Origin: Bacillota bacterium
Lineage (GTDB): Bacteria > Bacillota > UBA994
Direction of reading: 5' to 3'
DNA length: 64,000 nucleotides
Assembly: GCA_018333655.1 (NCBI GenBank)
Contig: JAGXTJ010000055.1
Location: 169,721-233,720 of the forward strand
How positions within the stretch are numbered: position 1 is the stretch's first letter; each line of letters begins with the position of its first letter. Positions 43,428 through 53,112 of the stretch are shown piece after piece. Made by a program: the position numbers and the translations under genes. The notes under the pieces are model-generated. The model saw only the letters and a list, made by a program, of their open reading frames with translations, had not been told where the DNA came from and did not search any database.

Positions 43428-44195
43428 TCAACGCATTTCTCCCTGCCAGTAAGTGTACCGCTTCTTCCCCTTGGTGAAGCGGCCGAATTCTATAGCTGCC
43501 TCAGGGCAGAAATTGACACAGCGCATGCAGTGCTCGCACCCTACCTTCCAGAGGGGGCGAGCTTCATTGTTAAGCGCGATACTTTGCGTGGGGCACATGG
43601 CCACACAGGCGCAGCAGCCCGTACACTTGGTATTCACCCGATAGAAGCGGTGCATGTAGTTTAACCCGAGCAAAAACATGCGATGGGCGAGTGCTATAGG
43701 GCTGTACGGATTAAAGCTAGGCCGTGATTTTGGCGTAGTATCCATAGCACTAAGTAGCGAGATCACCCTGCCTATGCCAGGACCGATGATTTTGCTTGCT
43801 TCCTCGTGCGCAATTGCTTCTCGGCCGACAATGTAGTTGCTAGGCATATTCACCCATTCAGCTAATTTAACATGGTACCCCTTAAGAATTAGCGTTCTGG
43901 CGATCGCCGCATGCGCCGTGCCCGCCATGCCTGCGGCGTTAGCAATAACAAAGGCCGCCCTGCCCTCCCCTGGTGGCAGTGCTTGCACGAAATTGATGAC
44001 GATGCGGGGCGCGCCAAGGGAATAAACGGGCAAGAAAATACCTATGAGATCAACTGGGCTGAATCCGTTACCAACGGCTATGTCGCTCAGTACAACCTTT
44101 GAACCCGACTGTGTCATAAACAGAGCCGCGGCTTCAGCTAAGGCCTTGGTGTTGCCAGTGCCCGAAAAATAGTACAGCTGAACATCTTTGTACAT
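43428..44195 (-). CDS. EFR1-family ferredoxin (flavodoxin-like domain + 2x[4Fe-4S])
   Basis: YYFSGTGNTKALAE N-terminus, then CTGCCACVAMCP and CEHCMRCVNFCP. Confidence 0.8.
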   Translation of the reverse strand: MYKDVQLYYFSGTGNTKALAEAAALFMTQSGSKVVLSDIAVGNGFSPVDLIGIFLPVYSLGAPRIVINFVQALPPGEGRAAFVIANAAGMAGTAHAAIARTLILKGYHVKLAEWVNMPSNYIVGREAIAHEEASKIIGPGIGRVISLLSAMDTTPKSRPSFNPYSPIALAHRMFLLGLNYMHRFYRVNTKCTGCCACVAMCPTQSIALNNEARPLWKVGCEHCMRCVNFCPEAAIEFGRFTKGKKRYTYWQGEMR

Positions 44196-44240
44196 GACGA
44201 CTTCCCCCTTAAATCTATCGATTTACGCAATCACCATGGG

Positions 44241-44651
44241 TCAATGATGGTGCCCGGTCGCCTCGCACCACTTCGCTATTTCCGCTATCAATGTCAACGG
44301 CAAAGCCTTGCTATATGGGAACTGCACAGCACCTTTACTGGTCTTGTAACCTGCGAGCTGCTCCGCAAAATGCACTATGGCCTCCGACCCTGGATACAAC
44401 CCAATATGCTTACTAAAGGCCGCAAAATGAATGATGTTTTTGCCTTTATAGAAGGTTGGCATTCGCCAAGAGATACGCTCCTTGGCCTGCGGCAAGGCGC
44501 TTCGCAGCACAGCGCGCACAGCGATTAAGTAGGGCCGCACCTCTTCCGGTTTTGTCGCGATATAGGCATCAATTGTCTCCGGCGCAGCACCGCAGTAGTG
44601 CGCCTGTTGCACTTTGGCAAATTCTCTTTGGCATTCTGGACATCGCCACAT
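44241..44651 (-). CDS. DUF1801 (YdhG-like) domain protein
   Basis: IDAYIATKPEEVRPYL...ERISWRMPTFY...IHFAAFSKHIGLYPG. ATG at 44651 (MWRCPECQ) with a GGAGGTGG SD. Confidence 0.7.
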   Translation of the reverse strand: MWRCPECQREFAKVQQAHYCGAAPETIDAYIATKPEEVRPYLIAVRAVLRSALPQAKERISWRMPTFYKGKNIIHFAAFSKHIGLYPGSEAIVHFAEQLAGYKTSKGAVQFPYSKALPLTLIAEIAKWCEATGHHH

Positions 44652-44857
44652 AACTTCTCCACCTCCAGGCCTTGCTATAAACGAAGCGAAACCGCTCGTT
44701 ACTAGCGCTAGCGTACACTTTCGACGCCTATACCAGTTCACCTGCCGGGCCCTGAAGAACCACGGACTTGCGTACAAGGCGGCCAACAATACCACTCGGT
44801 CCTGTAGGCAAACCTACCGAATCATCGGCGCAAAACTACTAAGAGACGAGCCCCCTT

Positions 44858-45064
44858 TTAAAACTTAAAGAGCTTCTTTAAGATATCCCAAACGCTGACG
44901 GTGGTGCGATTGTATACCCGGTTGTATAGGGCTTTCTTAGGATTAGTTAGCCAGCCTAGTCCGCGCGGCGCTTTGAGGCCAAGATTGTGCCTCACCATGC
45001 GCTTAAGGCTAGTCCTTGCCCTCAGGCTCTTTTTGATGCTTGGCGTTCTAAACCCAAACTTCAT
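44858..45064 (-). CDS. Small basic hypothetical protein (68 aa)
   Basis: ORF only. Lys/Arg-rich. Confidence 0.35.
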   Translation of the reverse strand: MKFGFRTPSIKKSLRARTSLKRMVRHNLGLKAPRGLGWLTNPKKALYNRVYNRTTVSVWDILKKLFKF

Positions 45065-45392
45065 GTTATCCCTCCATCGGATGTGATTTACTTGTTACCA
45101 GAAGAATGCGAGGCACCTTTCTCCCTACAATCAGTTGACTTCGCTAACTAAAGCCAATCTCCTGCGGGGATTAAGTAGAATTGTCAACATTCACCTTTTG
45201 CGGCCTGCCAATCAAGTCACTTCCCTGCTATTCCATACTTATAGCTGGCGCGCCATGGTGTCGCACTTTTTTCTCTAAAATAGACCGCCGACCACAGTGT
45301 AGTAATCGGCCGCCAGGCACCACCACCTATCGCCAGCGGTGGTGCATCTGACCGCTCTGCTAAAGATTATTGGAAATTTACCTTAACACTTG

Positions 45393-45662
45393 CTATTTCT
45401 CGACCAAGGTCGCCCAAAATGTGGGCACGCCGTGTTCATGGAGCAGGCCGCTGCCAGAGGCTAGCCCCAGCACCTGCTTGCCTACAAGGCTTGGAAACCA
45501 CCCTGTGGGCACCGGCTTGGTCGGCGTCAACAACATTGACCACTGACCTGCCTTTGCCAGAGCAAACTGGGCTTCTGAGATTGGCACCCCCCATTCCCAG
45601 CCCTCCTCCACCCACTTGTCGATAGTCTGGGAGTTAATCTCCGTGTATTTCAAGCCAAGCAC
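45393..45662 (-). pseudogene. In-frame internal-deletion derivative of the class I SAM methyltransferase at 49187-49945
   Basis: The N-terminal 67 aa and C-terminal 19 aa are near-identical to the full-length paralog. The junction ...LGLASG|SGLLHEH... removes about 163 codons, including the Rossmann core. Confidence 0.7.
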
Positions 45663-45904
45663 CCCTTCACAAATTGAAATTTCTCTCCTAGCCCAACGCT
45701 TCACTTTGCTGCGCACCCAAGCGTCCCCTGAGGTTCTCGACAGCCTCACTAGCATCAGTCACTCTGACTTTCTGGGCAAGCTGCATGACACTGCAGTCTC
45801 TTACTTACTCCCGCCAGACCAGAAATCCTGCTAGCCCTACAAGCTGTTGTCAATATTCGTAAGCGTCAAAGAGCCCTCACCTTGCCACAGGGCAAGATGA
45901 GGGC

Positions 45905-46276
45905 TTGCGGTTAATGCTAGGCGGTTACGAAAATCTGACAGCATTGGGGGCAGATGTGTGGCTGATGAGCGAAACCATTTTGGCGGTGGTGCGTATGTAC
46001 TATTGGCACTTTGTTAGCGGAGAGACTTGGAGTTGGGTTGCGTTTTTGCAAATATCAAGGGGCCTCTGGCTACGTCCCGCCGGCGATGCAGTCTATGTGC
46101 TAATCAACGACGGCGCTTCCGTTAGCCAGACTGGTAGTACGTGGACGGGCAACAAGATTGACCTTGCTCGCATTGAGTATCGCGATGACCGCACAACCAT
46201 ACATATCGTCGAGGGCAATCGCCCCTTCTTAGTCCTGCACTTGCCTTTGGACCAACACGCCAAACCCATAGATTAG
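45905..46276 (+). CDS. Hypothetical protein
   Basis: ORF only, TTG/ATG start ambiguous. Confidence 0.3.
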   Translation: MRLMLGGYENLTALGADVWLMSETILAVVRMYYWHFVSGETWSWVAFLQISRGLWLRPAGDAVYVLINDGASVSQTGSTWTGNKIDLARIEYRDDRTTIHIVEGNRPFLVLHLPLDQHAKPID

Positions 46277-46425
46277 TGCGCGGGGCAAAGCGCTAGGGAC
46301 GCAATGCCTAATGATTCGGACTTAAGATAGATTATAGATAGATGAGTGATTGAGGGTACATGGCAAGGCATCGAAGACTATGGTACAATAACCACATAGA
46401 ATACTCCGTCTAGGAGGGCACGATA

Positions 46426-47025
46426 ATGAGACTCGCTGGCAAATTCATTGATGTCCGCGACTGGGCACTGCTTGACCTGCCCCTGTTTAGGCATTGGTCA
46501 CAACCTGAGCACGAGTGGCAAAAATTCGATGGCCCATACTACCCTGACTCAACTCCTGCTGAAATAGAGGAAATGATTGCGCGCCGCGAAGCGAATATCA
46601 GGGACAATTCCTTCCCCACCCCGCGGAACAACATGGCCATCACCTGTAAAGAAACGGACAAAATCATCGGCCAGGTGTCATGGTATTGGCAGGGGGAGGA
46701 AACTAACTGGCTATGTGTTGGCGTCAGCATTTTCGATTCATCCTACTGGGGCAGCGGCCTAGGGTATGAGGCCCTTGGGCTTTGGACTGACTACATATTG
46801 CAGGCAAATCCTGCGCTCGTTCGCATCGGGCTAGCCACTTGGTCAGGCAACACCCGCATGATGCGCCTTGCGGAGAAGCTAGGCTTTAAGCAAGAGGCTT
46901 GCTTCCGTAAGGCCCGCATAGTAAATGGTCTTTACTACGACAGCGTGGCCTACGGTGCGCTACGTGAGGAGTGGGAATTGCTCTACCCGCAAGGTTTTGC
47001 GGCCCACCTCCAGGCTTCGCTATAG
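46426..47025 (+). CDS. GNAT family N-acetyltransferase (RimJ/RimL-like)
   Basis: IGQVSWYW...VGVSIFDSSYWGSGLGYEAL...NTRMMRLAEKLGFKQE, a typical GNAT acetyl-CoA-binding core. Confidence 0.8.
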   Translation: MRLAGKFIDVRDWALLDLPLFRHWSQPEHEWQKFDGPYYPDSTPAEIEEMIARREANIRDNSFPTPRNNMAITCKETDKIIGQVSWYWQGEETNWLCVGVSIFDSSYWGSGLGYEALGLWTDYILQANPALVRIGLATWSGNTRMMRLAEKLGFKQEACFRKARIVNGLYYDSVAYGALREEWELLYPQGFAAHLQASL

Positions 47026-48150
47026 AGAAAGGCCCAAGCTACCCAATTATTGGTGACACTGCCCTTACTACACTCCTACTGCACTAACTCTCGCCCTCTG
47101 CACTAAGCGGGCTCACGACTTTATGCAATTTTCGCAGGGCCCATCACGATTAAGGAGATCAAAACAATGTCCATCTATCTTTCCTATGGATGGGCTTCCG
47201 TGCACACTCACTTTCTTCATCACAGGATCGACACATCTAAGTTGATCGAACAAGGCTTCACAACCAGCAAATTTCTCCGGTATCGACTTCATCTCAACTT
47301 GCAAATGCGATCCCCCCCCTTAGTCCCTAGGGGTTCTAATTTTTTGCGCCCCCAAGAATACCCTAACCATATCGTATAGGCATGCTAAAGCACACGCCCA
47401 GCGCAATATCATGGTCTCTGTTTACTTGTGTAACTCGTCTTTGCAAGATAAATCTCCGGCAGCACAATCTTTACTTCTTCGCCAGACTCCTTGTCTCGTT
47501 GCCACCAGACGACGAAGCTAACCGTCGCCCCCTGAGGAACATACCCCTTCTGCTTGAGGGCGCAAGGTTGTCGCACTGGTCTTGTACTCTATGCCCTCCT
47601 AATCCGACAAAACGTTGTCAATATTCGCCTGTTTCCATTTTGGAGGCAGGTTTTCTTAATCTTGATGGCGAAACGAGATTATTCATTATTTACGCCAGCG
47701 CAAACGTCATTGTATAAGGGCATGAGTGCGATTACCAAACACGCTAAATCCAAACAACGAGTTGTAGACCAAGGCCCCGAGGTCTTTACTGCAGAGCGCG
47801 AAACCACCGCTATGCTAGGCCCCGTAAAATAAGAAACGGAACTCATAGAAAGCCGCTTTCTAGAGTCCGCATGTGGCAATGGCCACTCTCCCTCGCTGAA
47901 ATATTGCGTCGATGTCTACAGCCGTTTAGGACTAGGGCCCCGGCGCTTCCCCGCAATTCGCAAGCGATCTCAGCAGAGGCACAGATCATGCTAGACCTGA
48001 GGTGCATGATTCATGCGGACTAGACGACGCACACTATTCAGATTCAGAATTCCGACAAAGAAACTGCAACGCCAGTTGGGGCATGCCGCCACATGGTGCG
48101 CCGTGCTCTACGTCATTGTAGCCGTCATAGCGCTACACCCTTTGTTTGCC

Positions 48151-49134
48151 CTAACAATTACCGCACTGTGCGCCACGGTGTCGGGGCTGAAACTCTTTCT
48201 CGGCAAACCCTGCCTCCCTGTACCCACGCAGAATGCGTGGCACATATCCGTCGCTCGGGATCTTATCGCGCGTCTTGCCATAATCAGTCATCACATAGGC
48301 CATAACAGAAACTGCTCTTCCAGCAATGTTGACGATGACATTAACTTTGTCATAATTATTGGGATACCCTTCATAACGATCTAGCTCTCTTTCGTCAGTG
48401 TCTGTTATTTCCCAAATGAGCCCCGGCGTCGTCTTGCCCTGGCAAGGCTCGATGTTCGCAAACGAAGGCAGAGTCAGCTCCCACCCCTCGAGATATACAG
48501 GAGTTATCGCCTCAGCATCAGGGCATCTTTCGCTCATCTGAGCCTTATCCATGTTACTACCGTAGGCTAGGTACAGGCGTATACGCATTCTGAGTTCTTC
48601 GCAGACTGCTTCCCAATCTGCACGGTAATCTTCTCCCCATGGCCCTTTGGTTATTTGACAGAGCAACTGCGCCTTGTACCTGTGAAGAATGTTGTGCACC
48701 AAATCATGAAACTCTGGGCAGACCAAGCGCTCAGTTTCTAAAAACTGACGAAGCCCCCCTTTGATTAAGGTGCGCAGGGCCATAATTCGTCCTGCCTCTG
48801 CCTCGTAGCCATGCCCCTGCAAGTTCCCTCGCAGGCAGGCCTTAAGTGCCCTCTCTAGAGCGCTAACATGCTGTCTCTCGCCGGCGACATATGCCTTCAT
48901 CAAAATAGCTGCCCCGATGCATGTCGGCACATGGCAGAAATCTACGCGGGCATCGGCTGGCAAATGATAAGAATCTAAAAGCTTGAAAGACCCATCATCA
49001 TCTTGAAATGCACTTAGCTCCTCTGCAGAAACCGCCACACATTGTCTTCCCCCTAACATCTCGCGCATAGCCAACAGCATGGCCTCTAACGCTTCAAAGT
49101 CGGGTTTGTCACTGTCTAATCGTCTTAATTTCAT
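48151..49134 (-). CDS. Fusion protein: unknown helical N-terminal domain + C-terminal gamma-glutamylcyclotransferase (AIG2/GGCT-like) domain
   Basis: C-terminal LYLAYGSNMDKAQMSERCPDA...YLEGWEL...YEGYP is the GGCT-like signature. Confidence 0.65.
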   Translation of the reverse strand: MKLRRLDSDKPDFEALEAMLLAMREMLGGRQCVAVSAEELSAFQDDDGSFKLLDSYHLPADARVDFCHVPTCIGAAILMKAYVAGERQHVSALERALKACLRGNLQGHGYEAEAGRIMALRTLIKGGLRQFLETERLVCPEFHDLVHNILHRYKAQLLCQITKGPWGEDYRADWEAVCEELRMRIRLYLAYGSNMDKAQMSERCPDAEAITPVYLEGWELTLPSFANIEPCQGKTTPGLIWEITDTDERELDRYEGYPNNYDKVNVIVNIAGRAVSVMAYVMTDYGKTRDKIPSDGYVPRILRGYREAGFAEKEFQPRHRGAQCGNC

Positions 49135-49186
49135 TGCAAATCCTCCTCAAACTGACTCATCGTCGCCAAGGTCTAGGCATTCTTGT

Positions 49187-49945
49187 TTATTTCTCGACCA
49201 AGGTCGCCCAAAACGTGGGCACGCCGTGTTCATGGAGTAGGCCACTGCCGTCTGTATCTTCGTAGAGATCGAGCAGCTTGAAGCCGACTTTGAGCTGCCC
49301 ACGGATTTGGTCTTCTAGTGCGTGAGAGAACTGAATGCCGCTGTCTGTGGCGCGCAATACCTCGAGAAGCTCAGGGTTCGCTAGTGGATTAAACGGCAGT
49401 TTGTACTTTATGGTCTTCTCGTCTGCTTCGTCGAAAAGATAGTTAAAGCCGTTATTCAGGCCAGCCATCAGCCGCCCGCCAGGTTTAAGTATGCGGTAGC
49501 ACTCTCGCCATACATGCATTACGTCCTCAATGTAGCAGTTCGACACGGGGTGAAAAACTAAGTCGAATGAGCTATCGGCAAAGGGTAGCGCTTGTGTCAT
49601 GTCGGCGCGAATAGCGTTAATGGTGTAGCCTTCGCGGGCCGCTACCGCTAAGTCAGTCTCAACTTGCCGCAGAGAGTAGTCTAAGAGCGTGCAGTTTGCA
49701 CCTAAAGCCGCAAAAATCGGCATTTGCTGCCCACCGCCAGAGGCTAGCCCCAGCACCTGCTTGCCTACTAGGTTTGGAAACCACTCTGTGGGCACCGGCT
49801 TGGTCGGCGTCAACAACATTGACCACTGACCTGATTTTGCAAGAGCAAACTGGGCTTCTGAGATTGGCACCCCCCATTCCCAGCCCTCGTCCACCCACTT
49901 GTCGATAGTCTGGGAGTTAATCTCCGTGTATTTCAAGCCAAGCAC
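49187..49945 (-). CDS. Class I SAM-dependent methyltransferase
   Basis: Motif I VLGLASGGGQQ, LLDYS, and post-I/II motifs FDLVFHP and LKPGGRL. GTG start. Confidence 0.8.
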   Translation of the reverse strand: MLGLKYTEINSQTIDKWVDEGWEWGVPISEAQFALAKSGQWSMLLTPTKPVPTEWFPNLVGKQVLGLASGGGQQMPIFAALGANCTLLDYSLRQVETDLAVAAREGYTINAIRADMTQALPFADSSFDLVFHPVSNCYIEDVMHVWRECYRILKPGGRLMAGLNNGFNYLFDEADEKTIKYKLPFNPLANPELLEVLRATDSGIQFSHALEDQIRGQLKVGFKLLDLYEDTDGSGLLHEHGVPTFWATLVEK

Positions 49946-50029
49946 CCCTTCACAAATTGAAATTCTGCCCGTAGGTAGCCTTCATATCGCCTAGCTACTA
50001 AGCTAACATCAGCTACTCGCAGCCAAGCT

Positions 50030-50847
50030 ATGCCCCTGCTGCGAACCCCGTTTCAATGCTCATGGTCTGCTCGCAGGCAGGACGATAGCAAGGTGAGTTA
50101 TACTGGCGAAGCTGAATAGACTTATCCATTTCCTGAGCTTCGTCGATGACCATGACGGCCTTAGCGAATCTACAAAGCTCAACCTGCCCTGCCCCGCCAG
50201 CACATAGCTGCGCCCACTGTCGTTATCTTTTTTCTCTAGGTTGTCGACCTGGTCTTTCATAGTCGACGACGGGGTATTGTTTTAGCACCCAAGGCGGTGT
50301 CACCGAAAAGCGGTCTCTGACATTAATGACTGCTAGGGCGTAGGCTACAGCCACTGGCTCTGTCGAAATTAGCGTGGCAAGATTGGCCCTCTGGCAGATA
50401 AGGCCTGCATAATACTCGTTAATAAGTTGTACTAAATCGCAAGTCTTAGTGGCGTAATCAATGTAACGGAAAAAAGCCGCAAACTCATTGCGACCCATAA
50501 GTAATTCGTGACAGACAATTTTTAGGCGCTCGTCAAGCCTAGTAAAGGCCAGCACTTCGTCCTCTAAGAGCTCCTTCGCCTTAAGCGCGTCAGTGTGAGG
50601 ATTGTTTAGCGCCTCGCTCTGCAGTTTTTCATCCTTGCCTAGGCTGTGATAGGGCTTCCTTCATGTATTTCAAGTCGTGCGCCATGATGTTGTGCCCGCA
50701 CAAGTAATCATGACCCTGCAAAAACTTGGCTAAGTCCCGCATGGAGGGCGAGTGCAGAACACTGCCCCGGTCATTGGTCGCGCCAATATCCAGCACAGTA
50801 TGCTTAGTTGCATGAACTTCGAGGTCAACAAAGACAATCGACTTCAC
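50030..50847 (-). pseudogene. Decayed gene for a DnaQ-like exonuclease + UvrD-like helicase fusion
   Basis: Exonuclease N-terminus IVFVDLEV...CGHNIMAHDL ends at a stop. Downstream frames carry LAFTRLDERLKIVCHELL..., SYVLAGQG (broken Walker A) and, by my translation, AVMVIDEAQEM (helicase motif II), in different frames. Confidence 0.5.
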
Positions 50848-51084
50848 CGCGCGCTAGCCCCTTCCTGTCAAACGGCAGGGATTTATACCGTTCGACAGTG
50901 ACTTTCGACAGTGAGTGCCTAAATCCTGTATGGTCTACGTCAAAATCCGGTGAGAACGGCCGCCAAAGTCAGCATGTGGAGAAGATCTTATCAATACCCT
51001 AATTGCCCGCACTAGGTCATTGATTTTAATGCTCATTTTTACTATAATACGAGCATAAAAATCAAGAGAAGGGAGCTGGTGCAA

Positions 51085-51675
51085 ATGCCTTTGCCCGCCA
51101 ACCTGCAAATGCTTCTAAAAAATAAGGGCATTCTCACTGCTGCGCAGGCAAACGTCCTCGGTATTTCGAACGAGCGATTGCGATTGCTTGTCAGGTCAGG
51201 CGATTTAGAGCGGGTGTCCCACGGGGTCTATATCTCGCCCGATGACCACGTTGACAGAATGTACATTGCCCAGCAACGGAGACGGAAAATCATCTATTCC
51301 CATGAAACGGCACTGTACCTTCACGAACTCACTGATCGTGACCCAATCAGCTACACTGTGACAGTGCCCACCGGTTACAACACAAAAACATTGCGCGAGG
51401 CAGGCCTTGCGGTGTTTGCAGTCAAGAGAGAACTCCACGAACTTGGCGCAGTCCAGATGGAAACGATGTTTGGGAATGCGGTACTCGCCTACGGATTAGA
51501 GAGGACAATTTGCGACTGTATTCGAAGCCGAAGCCAAATGGATATCGCCATTGTAACTGACGCTGTGAAACGCTACTCGAAGCGAAAGGACAAGCATCTG
51601 GACGTTCTCATGCAGATGGCTGAAGAATTTCGGATCGTGAAGCCAATCCGAAGTTACATGGAGGTTCTCTTATGA
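51085..51675 (+). CDS. AbiEi-family (type IV TA) antitoxin/transcriptional regulator
   Basis: GILTAAQANVLGISNERLRLLVRSGDLERVSHGVYI N-terminal wHTH is typical of AbiEi. ATG at 51085 preferred over the GTG at 51079. Confidence 0.75.
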   Translation: MPLPANLQMLLKNKGILTAAQANVLGISNERLRLLVRSGDLERVSHGVYISPDDHVDRMYIAQQRRRKIIYSHETALYLHELTDRDPISYTVTVPTGYNTKTLREAGLAVFAVKRELHELGAVQMETMFGNAVLAYGLERTICDCIRSRSQMDIAIVTDAVKRYSKRKDKHLDVLMQMAEEFRIVKPIRSYMEVLL

Positions 51676-51720
51676 GAACGTCGATTCAACTTTAGGCATT
51701 GGTGCGCAACCTCTCCTGCT
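51672..51720 (+). pseudogene. Remnant of the AbiEii nucleotidyltransferase toxin gene (nonsense codon + 3' truncation)
   Basis: The ATG overlaps the AbiEi stop (ATGA). It reads MRTSIQL-TAG-ALVRNLS, whereas AbiEii proteins commonly begin ...MQLKALxRNxx. Homology is lost within about 25 codons, and a convergent gene begins at 51754. Confidence 0.55.
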
Positions 51721-51753
51721 CAAAACAGCGGCGCCTATTGCGCTCCAGCATTA

Positions 51754-52170
51754 TTACTCGTTTATACAGTTAAGCCCCCATGTAATGCCAAATTTATCGA
51801 CAACGCTGCCATAGCACTTGCTCCAGAATGTTTCTTGTAGATCTATCAGCACTTGACCGCCCTCCCGTAGTTTTTGAAAGGCCGCCTTGACTGCATCGGC
51901 GTCGGACAACACCAGGGCCAGAGTGATGTTATTGCCCACCACAAACGGGCTGCCAGGGAAGGTGTCGGAGAACATCAGCTTAGTGCCGTGAACGGTTAGC
52001 TCGCCATGGATGATAAGCTGCTTGGCCTCGTCGGGCAAGGAGAACTCTGGATTAGGAGGCGCGTCGCCGTAAGTAGATAGATCGCCCTTCTCGGCGCTAA
52101 AAACTTCGGCGTAAAATTCATACGCCTGGCGGCAATGGCCATTAAACGTAAGATAGGCGTGGATTCCCAT
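51754..52170 (-). CDS. VOC/glyoxalase-family protein (PhnB-like)
   Basis: MGIHAYLTFNGHCRQAYEFYAEVF...FWSKCYGSVVDKFGITW. ATG at 52170 preferred. Confidence 0.8.
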   Translation of the reverse strand: MGIHAYLTFNGHCRQAYEFYAEVFSAEKGDLSTYGDAPPNPEFSLPDEAKQLIIHGELTVHGTKLMFSDTFPGSPFVVGNNITLALVLSDADAVKAAFQKLREGGQVLIDLQETFWSKCYGSVVDKFGITWGLNCINE

Positions 52171-52487
52171 GTCTTTCACTCCTTCTATGTTTAAGTCATG
52201 AACTAGGGTGCAGTCGCACATCTAGGTCGTTTCCTTCAGGATGTTGAGGCTGTGACCGCAGCTACCATCCTGACCGACTCATATCCCCTCTATGCCCCCC
52301 CCTCTCCCACAATCGTAGGCAGCGATTCATAAAGCGCATCGATTTCTCTCTGATCACATCAATCAAGCCACATGCTCCTTTCGCAAAAAGATGCGTCATG
52401 CTATCGCCTATAATTTCTCGATCCGGGATAGATCTCCTGCTCACCCTATGGGGGGAGTTGAAACACATGAGTTGTACGGGCCCTGCA

Positions 52488-52990
52488 CTAGACCGCATAG
52501 AGTTTGTAGTGACCGAGATGAATCTTGTATTTTGGGTTGGCGTCTTTAATAATCTTGATCAAAACCACAGGGTCATCTTTGAGGTGGTAGGTGCAGATAG
52601 CAAGCCTAGGACGATGCTCCTTTAGCACCTCAACAGCACCCCTGAGCAGATTTCGTTCGGCACCTTCGATATCCGCCTGAATAAAGTCTATCCGCTCCAC
52701 TCCGTTTGTCCTTACCCAGTTATCGTATGTTTGCGCCCACATCACAGACAATGTCACCCGGTAGTACACGCACTCCAAATTCTTCGTAAGTACCCTCTTG
52801 CCCAGGCCAGGGGCAGCTGCGTTAGAGTTTTGGCATCTCTTTCTTCCACGATGGGCAGGGTGAAAATACCGAGATCAAGCACATCGCCTGCCTGGCCGTA
52901 GTGCTCTACCAAGAACTTAAAAAGCTCCTTTTGATGCCTGTGCCCAAGGTAAAAAAAGTCTGACCATACGGCTTTAAATGAGCGACATAC
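52488..52990 (-). pseudogene. Frameshifted FkbM-family methyltransferase
   Basis: The C-terminal part is in frame (IDFIQADIEGAERNLLRGA...RPRLAICTYH). The motif-I-like GDIVCDVGANI appears only in another frame upstream (my translation). Confidence 0.45.
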
Positions 52991-53061
52991 GTAACCTCCT
53001 CAGTTTGCTCTCTATGTGTAGACTACCCAAATGCAGATTTTTGTTTAATCACGACAAAAAA

Positions 53062-53092
53062 CCACTCACATGCCGACAGGCAATGTGAGTGG
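53062..53092 (-). terminator. Rho-independent terminator at the end of the cit/tct operon
   Basis: CCACTCACAT / ATGTGAGTGG, a perfect 10-bp stem with an 11-nt loop. A T7 run follows on the minus strand (plus-strand A-run 53055-53061). Confidence 0.8.
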
Positions 53093-53112
53093 GCTTATTT
53101 TCGAGCAAGAGC

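Noticed and set aside
45330-45358. Hairpin GCACCACC...GGTGGTGC in the 45.1-45.4 kb spacer as a terminator
   Set aside because: It has an 8-bp stem, a 13-nt loop and no adjacent U-tract on either strand. That is too weak to call.
47030-48150. Stretch of about 1.1 kb with several 60-110-aa ORFs on both strands
   Set aside because: The ORFs have inconsistent frames and no recognisable motifs. One minus-strand stretch (about 47400-47600, ...GYVPQGATVSFVVWWQRDKESGEEVKIVLPEIYL...) looks protein-like but lacks a start. It is probably pseudogene debris, so I left it unannotated.
22600-53000. Integron-like cassette array (small co-oriented genes each followed by a conserved site)
   Set aside because: The junction motif does not show the RYYYAAC...GTTRRRY attC core sites or a self-folding attC-like bulged hairpin. 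No intI-type tyrosine recombinase is in the window, and the host signals look Firmicutes-like. I keep only the neutral observation of a recurring junction motif.
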